The notes beneath the pieces are model-generated. The model saw nothing but the letters and a program-made list of their open reading frames with translations. It was not told the origin of the DNA and did no database searches. Shown piece by piece: positions 26,218 through 39,099 of a stretch of 64,000 nt of DNA (its first letter is position 1; each line of letters begins with the position of its first letter). Both the position numbers and the translations under genes were made by a program. Source of the DNA: the human T2T-CHM13v2.0 reference genome, Homo sapiens; the NCBI RefSeq assembly GCF_009914755.1, contig NC_060927.1; one strand, 5' to 3'.

Positions 26218-26653
26218 CTCTGGAAGATTGTGCAATTGGCTCCCATTCCTGAGCCTCCCCAAAATTCATGTCTTTTGCTAAGTGACTTTGCAGTTTCTCC
26301 CATTAAGGGGGTCAACTTCCCCACCCCTTGGCTTTCTGCTTGGCCATGTGACTTGCTCTGTCCAACAGAACAAGGTGTGCCAAGTTGGAATCTAGACTCT
26401 AAGAGGTACTGTGGGTTTCCACCTGCCCCCATGCCTCTGCCATCGCCATAAGAAGAGCATCCCTATTTTAAACTTGTTGGTTGCAGGCGGAGGCTCAGAG
26501 ACAAATGAAGCCAGCCTGGATCAGCTGCCCGCTGGCCCATCTGCAGACTTGGGAGCTAAGCTAAGAAGTGTTTACTGTTGTGTTACTGTATCTGGCTGAA
26601 GAACTATGGTTGTTTGTTACACAGCATCAGTATGGCCACAGCTAACTAATACA
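26218..26653 (+). mobile_element. MLT1 (MLT1G/H-like) LTR
   Basis: gtgactttgcagtttctcccattaag...ggccatgtgacttgctctgtccaacagaa...ttgtttgttacacagcatcagtatggccacagctaactaataca. Confidence 0.75.
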
Positions 26654-26727
26654 CAGGCCGAAAAACAGACCCTACCTCCTAGAGTTCTAGGGAGGATTCA
26701 ATAAAAACAATCCACATAAAATCCTTA

Positions 26728-26888
26728 GACAAGAGTTTCAGTTGGGGAAGATGAAAAATTTGTGGAAATGGGTGGTGGTGATGGTTGCACAATAATGTGA
26801 ATATATTTAATGCTGCTGAACCACACACTTATAAATGGCTAAAATGGTAAATTTTATGTTATGTGTATTTTAGCACAATTAAAAAATA
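26728..26888 (+). mobile_element. L1MB-like 3' terminus inserted in a MIR (~26670-26940)
   Basis: agagtttcagttggggaagatgaaaaatttgtggaaatgggtggtggtgatggttgcacaataatgtgaat...aaaatggtaaattttatgttatgtgtatttt. Confidence 0.85.
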
Positions 26889-27109
26889 CCACATAGTGCC
26901 TGGCACATACGAAGCACTTAGTAGATATTAGCAATTATTAGGAGCAGGAGGGGGTGTGTGGTGAAACTACATACTCCAACTACACTACATGGAATGATAG
27001 ATGAACAGTTCTGGAATGATGGTGCCTGCCCCCACTGCTCACTTCCTCCAGGAAGGGGCAAACGCTCATTCATATTAATGGGTTGAAGGGGCATCTGCAG
27101 GGGCCACAT

Positions 27110-27280
27110 GAGAAAATGTCAGAACTGGAAGACTTCTTGGCAGTGTCTAACTTCAGTCTCTTCATTGGGGGAAACTGAGGCTCACAGAGGTAACCCAAGG
27201 TTTCTCAGTAACTTAGGGGCAGCTCTAAAATTGGAAGCTGCATCTCTCAGCTCCAAGTCCAGTGCTCTTTCTATTCTACC
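27110..27280 (-). mobile_element. MIR/MIR3 fragment
   Basis: gggggaaactgaggctcacagagg...ctccaagtccagtgctctttcta. Confidence 0.7.
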
Positions 27281-27852
27281 AGAGACAGGAACACAATAAG
27301 GCTTCATCTAATCACTAATGATGGAATTTCAGGCATCTGCAGACGGGACGTGCAGATTCCTGGTGCATCTCAAATCATGTGAACAAGACAATCAACACAC
27401 AAAGCAATTTCTGCCCGCAGGTTCCTTTGACACAATGATAATGAGATAAAATGGTTTTTATTTTCCTCTTCTTTCTTTTTAAAATCAAGCCAAATACATT
27501 TTTTTTTTTTTGCATGGAATATACTCTAGTTTTGGACAGGGTTAATTAAAAGAAAAAAATACATATTAAAAGGCCAATTTGATTACTGCTACACATTAGT
27601 AATGCAATGAATAATTGATTGAATGTCTATGTTAATTGCTTCCTGAATCAGTGATTTTGCTGCTGAATTTCGAAGAGCTGTTGCTATTTTGAAGTTAGTG
27701 ATAAGTTCACTGCACCAGGATGGCAGAACTTGGCACAGAGAGTAAGCTCCTGCATGGCACCCCACCTCTACTTCCTGTTCACCCCCTGCCTCCCTGACTG
27801 CATGCTCAGTCTCTTCCCTAGAACTTTGATCACTACCTGTTCCTGAAACAAG

Positions 27853-28010
27853 AGGGTCTCAAATTTTGGTCAATTTCAGATTTCTGGGGGAGCTTGTTGA
27901 AATGCATATTCCTGTGTCCCCATCCAGGTTTTGATCCCAGGCCTGGGACTCTGTATTGTTAACAAGTGTCTCAGAGGCTTGGTTGGGTACCATCCTTCAG
28001 CAAGAACTGG
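27853..28010. mobile_element. MER5-like hAT MITE
   Basis: gtctcaaatttt...ctgggggagcttgttgaaatgcatattcctg...tctgtattgttaacaag. Confidence 0.55.
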
Positions 28011-29749
28011 CTGGGGTAGAAATAGCCTATGCTGAGCCAGGCTCCAGACTCTGAGAGCAACGCCATCTTACTCTCTGGGTTCCTATCTACTGCTTCTTTG
28101 CTGGTAGAGTGCCCCATTCTATACAAACTGTTCCACTGGGACGTCCTGGAGACTCCCTGACTAAACTCATCTAAAAAGAAGCCTTCTTCAATTTGCTTTT
28201 CCTCTGGGAGCTGTCAGCCCAGCAAATACGGCGTCTGCCTGGTCCTGCTTGCTCAAACCCAGATCCTTTCTGGTCTCTCACTGGTCCTTCCCCAAACATT
28301 CACTCAGCAGCCAGACTCTGCCTGTCTCCCCCCATTATAAATCCTATTGACACGTTCAATTCTGCTATTTCAAAAAAATTTGTTTCCAGAGATTCTTCTT
28401 GTTCTCCCAGGGGTCCTTTTATTGCTTCTCCCTCTTGTCTTATCTCCCAGCAATGTTAATTAATTGCAGTGGGTTTTGGAAGTTATCTTCTGCTTTCTGC
28501 TTTGCCTCTATTTTCTCCCAGTTTCTTTCTTCTGGGTTTTGGTTCCTGCCTCCCTCCGATGCCCGCTGAGCCTAGGAGTCTATTCCACATAAGGGGGAAA
28601 CATGAAACTGCTGATTGTGAGCTCTGTGGGGTAAGGTGGTCGCTGAATGGTGGGCTTCACCGAGGTGGCTGAGCTGTGCCCCGGGAGGCCCCCACACAGC
28701 AGTGGTGATGGCTGTTTCTTTTGGTGCTGGTGACTTTCCCTAGAGCAGAATCATCTGGTCCTCTGCCTGGAGGATCTGCCTGGGCCATCTGTCTGCCTGG
28801 CGTTCTCAGAGCATACTAGGCAAGGGGCATTCTCCATATCAACCTTTTCTTCTATTGATTTTCAGTCCATCTCATCCTTTTAACAAGGTCTAGATGATGC
28901 TTATCTCCCTGGTGGGCATTTTGGGTAATTATTAGTTTCTTTTTTCCTTATCTCTAATTTATAATTATTATTTACATTTCTCTATACACAAAGTCACTTG
29001 TAAAACATGGAGCACACATATTTAAAAGTAGTAATATCTACTTGGAATGATCTTTTTAAGATTAAATTAGATCATGAGTGTAAGGAACCCTGCAAAGCTT
29101 ACAATATTAATTTAAAAAGTAAACAGGTCTCAGCTGTGTGGGGGAAGGAGGAGTGGACTACTTCGGGGTGGGAGACTGCACGGTAGGGGAAGGATGTGTG
29201 GGTATGGAAGACCCGGTGAGGAGGGGGATATGAGGGTGGGATTCTTGGGTTTGTCTGTCCCTTGCAGGGAGTGTGGTGGGAACAGCCATTCACAAAGGGC
29301 TGGCTGACTTGACACCTGGGCCTGTGTCTCAGGGCCTGCCGGGCTGGGACACACCCAGACCCCACATGTCAACAAGGGCCTGAGTAAACCCTGGTATTTC
29401 TGAATCCTTGGTGAAGTCCCCGCTGCCGACTGCTCAGTGCCTGGGGTCACAATACAGCCTTTCCGCCCGGGGGAGAAAGCTGAAAGAAAGAGCTGGAAGT
29501 GGGGATAGGTTCCCCAACCCCTCCTCCCACCACTTAGGCTCCAGCACCAGAAAAAGCCATCTGGATCACAATTCAGAATTGCTGGGCAGAGGGTGTACCT
29601 GAGGGGAGGTGCAAGAAGGCTGAGCCTGAGGGCCCTATATGTCTGTAAAGCTCAGAGGGTTATTATGCCCCATTTTGCAGATGAGAAAACTAAGGCCAAT
29701 GGGGCTCAGACAAAATAATAATTATAGAGAAGAGGTCATTGGGAAAATG

Positions 29750-29908
29750 ACCTCCTAGAGTTCTAGGGAGGATTCAACGAAAACAATCCATATAAAGTCT
29801 TTAGATAAGAGTTTCAGTTGGGGAAGATGAAGAATTTGTGGAGATGGATAGTGGTGATGGTTGCACAATGATGTGAATATATTTAATGCTGCTGAACTAC
29901 ACACTTAT
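29750..29908 (+). repeat. 159-bp direct copy of 26674-26832 (MIR/L1MB junction)
   Basis: Gap-free alignment, 12 mismatches, offset 3076 bp. Confidence 0.95.
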
Positions 29909-30723
29909 GGGAGCTATGGAAGGCTCTTGAGCAGGGGCAGTGATAGGTGGACACTGACTTGAGAAGACTTAGCTGGCAGCTCATGCATGCTAGGTTATGT
30001 CTGGGGTAGAGAGGATGAGAAATGTGCATAAAAACACCAATACCTGGAGAGGAGAATTTCCCCTGGGCTGCTGGCTGGCAGCCCTCTGTTGTCTCTGGTG
30101 TCTGAGGGAAGTTGTGCTGGCAGGGAGGCTCTATGTAGGGTTGCATTTGGGAGTTTTGCCCAAATCTATGGGCTTCTAGGATAACCTAGAGAAGCGCTAG
30201 TTATTTGAGGGAGAATCTGACTTCTGGAAACTGTCCAAAATCTGGGCCTTAGAGACCCCATGTGTTCAGTTCTGAGCAAGATAGGAAACCTTAAAATTGT
30301 CCCTCATGTCCAGGGATGCGTGGCCCTTAACAAGCACTTGGCATGGATGGCCTCACTCCCCTGCACAATGACCCTGTACCGCAAATGCTGCTAACGTGTT
30401 CATTTCACACATGGCGAAGCTGGGGCTTTGCCTAGGCCCTACAGCTAGTTGCTGGCAGAGCAAAGTTACAAAGCCAGGTTTGCTGACTGGAGGTGTCCAG
30501 GCCTCCAGATGCCTTAGCCCCTGTGCTGACTGCCCCCGTGGATGGACCTGGCACCAGAAAAAGGGCAGGGCCGAGGATGTCCTGCGCACACTCGGCAGAA
30601 CGTCCTTGCAGGCATGAGCATGCTTCTCCTGCGGCCTCACTCCACACTCCGAGGCTTCCCTTCTCACTCAGGCTGCTTAGGCCGAGTGTACGGTGAACAC
30701 TGAGCTCAATCAGAATGATTGTT

Positions 30724-31026
30724 CTTATTATTATTGTTATTTTTTGAGACATCATCTTGCTCTGTTGCCCAGGCTGGAGTGCAGTGGTATCATCATGGCT
30801 CACTGCAGCATCAACCTCCTGGGCTCAATCAATCCTCCCACCTGTCTTCTTAGTAGCTGAAACTACAGGTGTGGTGCCACCTTTCCCGGCTAATTTTTAA
30901 ATTGTTTGTAGAGATGGGGTCTCACTATATTCCCCAGGCTGGTCTTCAACTCCTGGCCTCAAGTAATCCTCCTGCCTCGGCCTCCCAAATTGCTGGGATT
31001 ACAGCCATGAGCCACCACACCTGGCT
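30724..31026 (-). mobile_element. AluJ
   Basis: catcatggctcactgcagc...cctcctgggctcaa (J diagnostics); TSD cagaatgattRtt at 30711-30723 and 31027-31039. Confidence 0.92.
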
Positions 31027-31129
31027 CAGAATGATTATTTAAAGGTCCAGAGTCCTTTTGAAGAGCTGGAGGGAATGACGAGCTTGGCATAACGTGGGAG
31101 GCTGTCTTCAGGACAATATAAGAAGCTGG

Positions 31130-31418
<289 letters not shown>

Positions 31419-31427
31419 AAGAAGCTG

Positions 31428-31582
31428 CCTGGGTATGGTCCTTGGGCCAGCAGCCTCATTGTCACCTAGGAACTTGATGGAAGTCCAGGCACTGAGATCC
31501 CATTCCAGATCTACTGAGCTGGAATCTGCAGTTAGCAGGATTCCTGGAGAATCACATTCACCTTAGGACTTGAGAATCACTA
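31428..31582. mobile_element. MER5A-like hAT MITE
   Basis: tggtccttgggccagcagc...cacctaggaacttg...ccagatctactgagctggaatctgca...ttgagaatcact. Confidence 0.7.
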
Positions 31583-32494
31583 GGCTGGGAGGCCAACAGG
31601 TGTGGCAAAACCGCCAAGTTGCCATAGGGAATCTTGGGAGGCTCTGGGGTTCCAGACACTGGCTGAGATTCCTGGCTTCTCATCTAGTCTTTCCATTTAT
31701 GGAAAGTGGCAAGAGTTCAGAGATAGGAGGTAACTTTCCCAGTGTCACCCGGCAAGACAGGAGCAGAGCTGGTATAGGATCTCAGACTTTTGGTGTCCTC
31801 TTCCTCAGCTTTAATCCCCAAGGCCATCAGGGGATCCCAGGGCTGCAGAAACCATCGGCTGGGCCAGGGCCAAGCAGGAGTCTCCTGAAGCTCCATCATC
31901 CTCATTAATCTCCCAACCTCAGAACGGGTTGTTTTCCTGAGAGGAACAATCAGTGCCTTTGGGGACAGAAAACCCCTGGGAGGGGGACTCAGAGAAGGCC
32001 CTGGGCTGCACAATGTAGATGGTGTCCTGCCAGCTCCCAAAAGAACAATCTTTCTTGGCAAGCTCATGGGGATGCATTCCCGGCAGCGTGACTCGGAATG
32101 GCAGGGTTACCGGGGAACCTGGGATCTCCCTGGGGATGCCAGAGGGAACCCGAGGCACTGTGCCAGAGGAGGATGAGCACTGAGCTGAGAGTCCACAGAC
32201 CAGCAGCCTGGTCCAACACTGCTGCTGATGGTTTTCAACCATCCACTTCCTGTGCAGAAAACACTAATAACTATTGCTTATATTCTGATTCTGTCCATGA
32301 GCTCCATGACTCTAACTGTGGCTGTGACACAGTCCCGAAATCCAGAATCCCAGAGTCCAAGTCTCTACTCTGTCTTCAGTAACCCTGTGATCTAGGCCCT
32401 AGATTCCAGGGCAAGGGGCTCAGCATCTCTGAGGCTCAGTTTCTGCTTCTATGTAATGGGTATGATCACACACCTACCATAGTGGCGAAACCTA

Positions 32495-33425
<931 letters not shown>

Positions 33426-33737
33426 ATTAAGCCATGTGGGAGGGATGGGGAGGACCAGGCCTACCTCCCAGGGAAGTTCTGAGAATGGTACTAAAGAAGA
33501 CCATGAGTCCTGCTCATAGTGGATGCTCAACCAACGATTGCTAAAGATAAGTTGAAGTTTTGTAGGGGAGGCACCTCTCATTCTCTTGGGCCTCAGCTTC
33601 TTGCTCTGTAAAATGGGAATAATGAGCTTGCAGCTCGTGGAGATGATGCTGCAAATGTGCCCAGAACAGGGCTCGCCTCCTGAGTGGCCAAGGTGGGGTC
33701 TGTGCAGCTGCCCTTCACTTAGAAACAGACTGAGAAG

Positions 33738-34218
<481 letters not shown>

Positions 34219-34439
34219 TCAAAGTGCCGCCCCACAGTTTCCCCTTCCATGAATGTAGCACAAGTGACTCCATTTGGCTCAAAAAAGTTTCTAACGCCTC
34301 CTGGCAGGTGGAAGTTCTGAGCACCCTGGTCACAGAGAGGCCCAAGGGATTCAGAATGCAGTGATCCAGGGGCTCTAATGGCAGGGATAGGCTGAGGTCC
34401 CACCCACTGACAGCCACTCTTCCGGTCATCCTACATCAA

Positions 34440-34570
34440 CAGGGGGAGTGTGGATTACGGGCCATGTATAGGCAGAGGAACTGAGGCTCAGAACAGGTGA
34501 CAGGGCTGGATGGCAGGGGAACGAGACTCAAGTCCTGGTCAGTGTGACCCCAAATCCTGTGCTCATCTTA
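34440..34570 (-). mobile_element. MIR fragment containing a perfect ERE core
   Basis: gaggaactgaggctcagaacaggtga...gactcaagtcctggtcagtgtgaccccaaatcctgtgctc. Confidence 0.65.
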
Positions 34571-35115
34571 ATATATCAATAGGAAACGCGGAATACTCTA
34601 AAAACCAAAGAACACTTGTGTACCAGCTACATGACTCTGGGGGAGTCATTAGCCTCTCTGGGTCTCAGTTTCCCTGCTCCACTGGAACCGAAGCTCTTAT
34701 GAGGGCAGGGGTTTCTGTGTGTCTTGCTCTTCTTGTGGCCTCAGCACACAGAACAGTGTGTGGCATAGAGCAGGTGCTCAGCAAATACTTGTTACATAAA
34801 GGAAGCAGTGATTCTGTGGATGAGGGTGGCGTGTAAGGTCAGCTTGGCCTGGTCCCAACCGACACCTCCGGCCCTTCCCACGATACCCCTGCAAAATGCT
34901 CAGTGCGGCTCCTCCCCTACCACCCTCCTCTGCTTCCTCATCTTTGGGCCTTATCCCTGTCCGCAGCCCCTCCTCCCTGCCTCCCCCTCCCTGTCTCCCT
35001 GCTCCCACGCCTTGTTCTTCTTCACAGAAACTTTCATGCCTGGGAGTGGGGCGAGAACTCTCTCTTCTCTGATCTTTTATAGCATTTCAGAGATCACATA
35101 GGTTTCTCCATAGAC

Positions 35116-35329
35116 CAGGTGCTGGCCCAACCACAGCCTGTGGCCACATCAGGCTTCAATTGCTTCTTGTAAGTAAAGTTTTATTTGAATACAGTCATAT
35201 TCATTTGTGTGTATCCATGGCCGTTTTCACATATTATATAGCAAAGTTGAATCATTGCGACAGAAGTCATCTAACTTGCAAGGCCTGAAATATGTAATCT
35301 GGCCTCTTACAGAAATTTGCTGACCCCCG
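35116..35329. mobile_element. MER58A hAT-Charlie MITE
   Basis: ttgtaagtaaagttttatttgaatacagtcat...tctggcctcttacagaaatttgctgaccccg; degenerate 8-bp TSD ccatagac/tcatagat. Confidence 0.85.
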
Positions 35330-35337
35330 TCATAGAT

Positions 35338-35520
35338 TAAGTACAGGCTATGAGACTTTACATGTATTATTTTGTCACATTTTCACAACAACCCTACAGG
35401 AGCTTGGGGACTACTGTTCTGCCCATTTTATGGATGTGGAAATTGAAGCCCAAAGATGATGGCACTTGCCCAAGGTCATGCAACCAGTAGGCAGCAGGGC
35501 CAGGATTTGAATCCACCATG
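35338..35520 (-). mobile_element. MIR
   Basis: tcacaacaaccctac...cccattttatggatgtggaaattgaagccca...cttgcccaaggtca. Confidence 0.8.
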
Positions 35521-36094
35521 CCATGTCCCCACATTCTGCAACAGATTCTATTGCAAACACAACAGGACTAGCTTGCACAATGCAAGTAGATTCCACAAGT
35601 GCAAGAGAAGAGAAGTTCTGAAGATGAGGGTAAATGGGGCCAGAGGAGCCCCACAAGGCTCTGGGAAGAGGCAGAATCTGAGCTGAGTCATTCAGGGAGA
35701 GGAGATTTAGCTGGATGGTGGGGATGGTAAGATGAGAGATCTGGAAGAGCCCACAAAGGAAATCCAGAAGGGTTGGCCAGAGAACTGGGGCAAGGCAGGG
35801 GCACGAGCCAGCCGGGGAGCGCTGGCCCACAGCCACAGTGATGAGGAACTGCAGAAAGACTCCAAAAATGATGTTTGTGGGCGATTCATCCACAGGGTCC
35901 CAAGAGGCTGCCAAGTCCACAGGCAGGAGGAGAAGGGAAATGCTGCAGAAAATTCCTCACTAGGCATCGCAAGGAATTCTGAATTCCCTAAAAAGGACAT
36001 AAGTGAAAGTGCATAGCTTTTTGTAGGGCTGGTTAGAAACAAGGTCTTCCCTATAGCCAAAATGTTGGAAAAAACTCCTCCAAGGGCACAATCC

Positions 36095-36255
36095 ATCTGA
36101 CCCTGGTCAAGTGATTTAACTTTCTGAGCCTCAATTTCCTCATCTGTAAAACGGGGAGCATCATGGGCTTGTGTGAGGGTTGAAGGCATTGATATTTGCA
36201 AAGCAGATCGAACAGTGCCTGGCACAGAGTAAGTGCTAGAGAAGGATTTGTTAGG
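36095..36255 (+). mobile_element. MIR
   Basis: tctgagcctcaatttcctcatctgtaaaacgggg...aacagtgcctggcacagagtaagtgct. Confidence 0.85.
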
Positions 36256-36749
36256 TAAACACAGAGCACAAATAAGATCCAAGTTCAGCAAATATCAGCT
36301 CCCAACTTTTTCGCCCCAAATGATTCCCACACTGGTCGGAATTTGCTGGGCGCACAATGTGGTTAATTTTAACACTGAGGCAGAGAGGTGAGCCTGAACC
36401 GCATTTCAATGAACACAAATCTTATTTTTAACGAGACATACTTTGGCGCTTGCAAGAACATTTAAAAATACCTTCCCTGTTCCAAAGCAGCATTGTGTGG
36501 CAGCCAGGTCCAGGGAGAAATCCTTAGTTTTGGGGTCGTTGTTTCTTGGGGGGACCGGGGATCTGGGCGTGTTGGCCAGAATTGCTGCAGGGGCTGCTGA
36601 GGGTATCCGTGGCTGAGAGTTGGAGACAGACCTTGCAAGTTGTTGATTCAACCCCCAAGTTGACGGCCATTGTTCTGTCTGGTTCTCTCTGGACTGAGGG
36701 TCCTCAAGGAGACATTCTACATCTTTCTTTCAACAACACACAGGGACAC

Positions 36750-37130
36750 CTGATACCTGCCTGCACTGTGCCCATCCAGGGATGGACTCTCGGACTGACG
36801 TTCCAGTGGGGAGACAGATGATGAACACAGAGATGAATAAACTATCGAGATCATTGCAGAATTATATGTGCTTTGGAGAAAATTAAATAAGTGGGGTAGA
36901 GAGAATCCTGCACGTGTGGTTGGGGCAGAAGGTCTGCAGTTGGGCAGTGAGGGCCTCTCCTCAGAGAAGGTGATGTTTGAGCTGAGAATGGAATGAGAGG
37001 GAGGAGCCAGTAAGATCTGGGAAGTGTGCTGGAGGCAGAGGGAACGGTAAGTGTAGAGTCCCAGAGGGGGCTGAGCCTGGTGATCTAAGAGAAGGGCAGG
37101 GCCCTGGATTGTGATGGGCTACCAGAGGAC
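36750..37130 (-). mobile_element. L2 fragment
   Basis: ttccagtggggagacaga...agaaggtgatgtttgagctgaga...ggcagagggaacggtaagtg. Confidence 0.7.
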
Positions 37131-39099
37131 TGTCTGGGAGTCAGAGGGAGAAAGAGGCAGGTCAGACCACACAAGACACCAAGGGCAGCCACACCACATG
37201 GCTCCAGCTGGTACCATGCATTCTGCATCTACCAGCAGCATAGATTGCTTACCCTGGCAGTTCTGTCCTGGCACCGTGCTCAGCACAGAGTAGGTACTTA
37301 GTAAATGTTTAATGACTAGTCATAAAACCCAGCTGAACTTCCATGTCAGCAGCAGGCCCTCAATCTCTAATTAAAGTTTGCTTGTTTTTAAATCAGGCAC
37401 CTGCTTCCTGCATTTGCTTTCTTTCAGAAGATTCTTGTGCATTTGTCATCACGACCTCGGTTTGCTCAACTGTTGGGCAAAAGGAGTACATGATATGATT
37501 TAGACTGTGCAGCATCTTGAAGCCCTTGCAAAGAGGCTGTGATATCTTGGCTCTGACACCTAGAAGTCCCGTGGCTTGGAAGGATTGCATTCTGTGTGAT
37601 GCTTGCAGTTGCAGTGAAATGTTGATGTCCAAGTGTTTAGGGAACAACAAAAACAAGAGAGCCTGCCCATGAACACATTATTTCTTTCAGTACTTCCCCA
37701 ACTCCCAATAAAGTGCCTGTGGAGTATTCCACCTAGCTTGCACTATATCCAAACAGTGCCTTATAAAGGAAAAGCTGGTTCCTTGACCCTAAGCCCTGTT
37801 TGTCCTAGCCTGAGCAGGTATAGATCCTTTACCTGGGACCTCTCTCACTCACCCAGTGGGAGAGTGCTGGGATCTTAGGATCCGTGCCCTGATTGCATAT
37901 TTCATTCAGGAATCTCTCATTTGAGGTGGCTGACTGCAAAAGATGCAAGTTGTTTTAAATATACTTCATGAACGTAGGACAACTTTGCAAGTGTGATCCA
38001 TTTAATCCCTGCTGTGAGGGAATTAATGACTCCCAATTTACAGATGAGGAAAGTGAGGCCTTAGGATGTCATGGGATGAACAGGATGTCTCTGGTGGGTT
38101 CGGACTGACCTGGGTCTTCTGACTGCCGGTTGCACCCTGTTTCCCACTGCAAGGGGCCAATACAAATGCAAAAGCTCAGTGTCTTGTCATGGGGCTGGGA
38201 GAGAGTTACATGGGACACTGATCTCCCGCCATCAGAAACAACTCAGCAAATACTGGAAAGCAAACAAAGCAGCTGTGCCCAGGACCCTGACAGCAGCTCC
38301 TTGGCAAATTCAAGGCAGTAATCGCTGGCCAGGTGCCTGCTGCTTGCTGGGCCCTAGGAACATCGTGGCAAGCAAGGCAGACACAGCCGCTGCCCTCCTG
38401 CAAGGGACAGTCTGAAGGGATGGTGGTTATTAAGCCAAAGAAACTTGCGAGGAAGAGAGCTTTCCGCTTGGACTTGAGGCAGAGCAGGAGCTGCCCAGGT
38501 GGAGATGGGGTGGGAGGGGGCAGAGGCAGGGGCTGCGGGAAAGCTCAGGGAAGGCAAGAACACAGAGGAGGGAGGCAGAGGCCAGCTTGGCAGGAATGGG
38601 GACCAGGAGAACAGGCAGGGGATGAGGCTATGGAGGCATTTCCTGCAAGGCAGCGGGAACACCTGGAGTCCAGCTAATCCCCTGGGACATGAAGTTTGAG
38701 TTCAGAGAGGGCTTTACCTTGGGAACTTTCTTGTTCCCTTCCTGGTGGCCTGACCCAGCCCACAAGTGTCCCCACACAACCATGGAGGCTCTACAGGTGC
38801 CACCCTGGATCTCTGTAGGTGCATCCTCACACCCATGGGCGCTTCTGTACCTGGTGGTGAACTGCATGTACTGGAGAAGCACAGGTCACAGTCCCGAATG
38901 TCCACAGAGCTGAGCTGCCCGCTCTTTCCAGAGGGAAAGGGACATTTTGCTCGTGACTGATATTCACGTAATATCCTCCCAGCCACTGCTTGCAGAAGCT
39001 GCATTCCCTGAACTTCCTGCCTTAACTCCTTAATTATTTTCCACTTCTGAGCAATGCTAAGGACCTAACTTCCCACTCCACCACTTCCCAGCACTCATT

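Noticed and set aside
35411-36291. Overlapping 94-194 aa ORFs including a hydrophilic ATG ORF at 35732-36016
   Set aside because: Partly MIR-derived, no homology that I recognise, no convincing splice or promoter context
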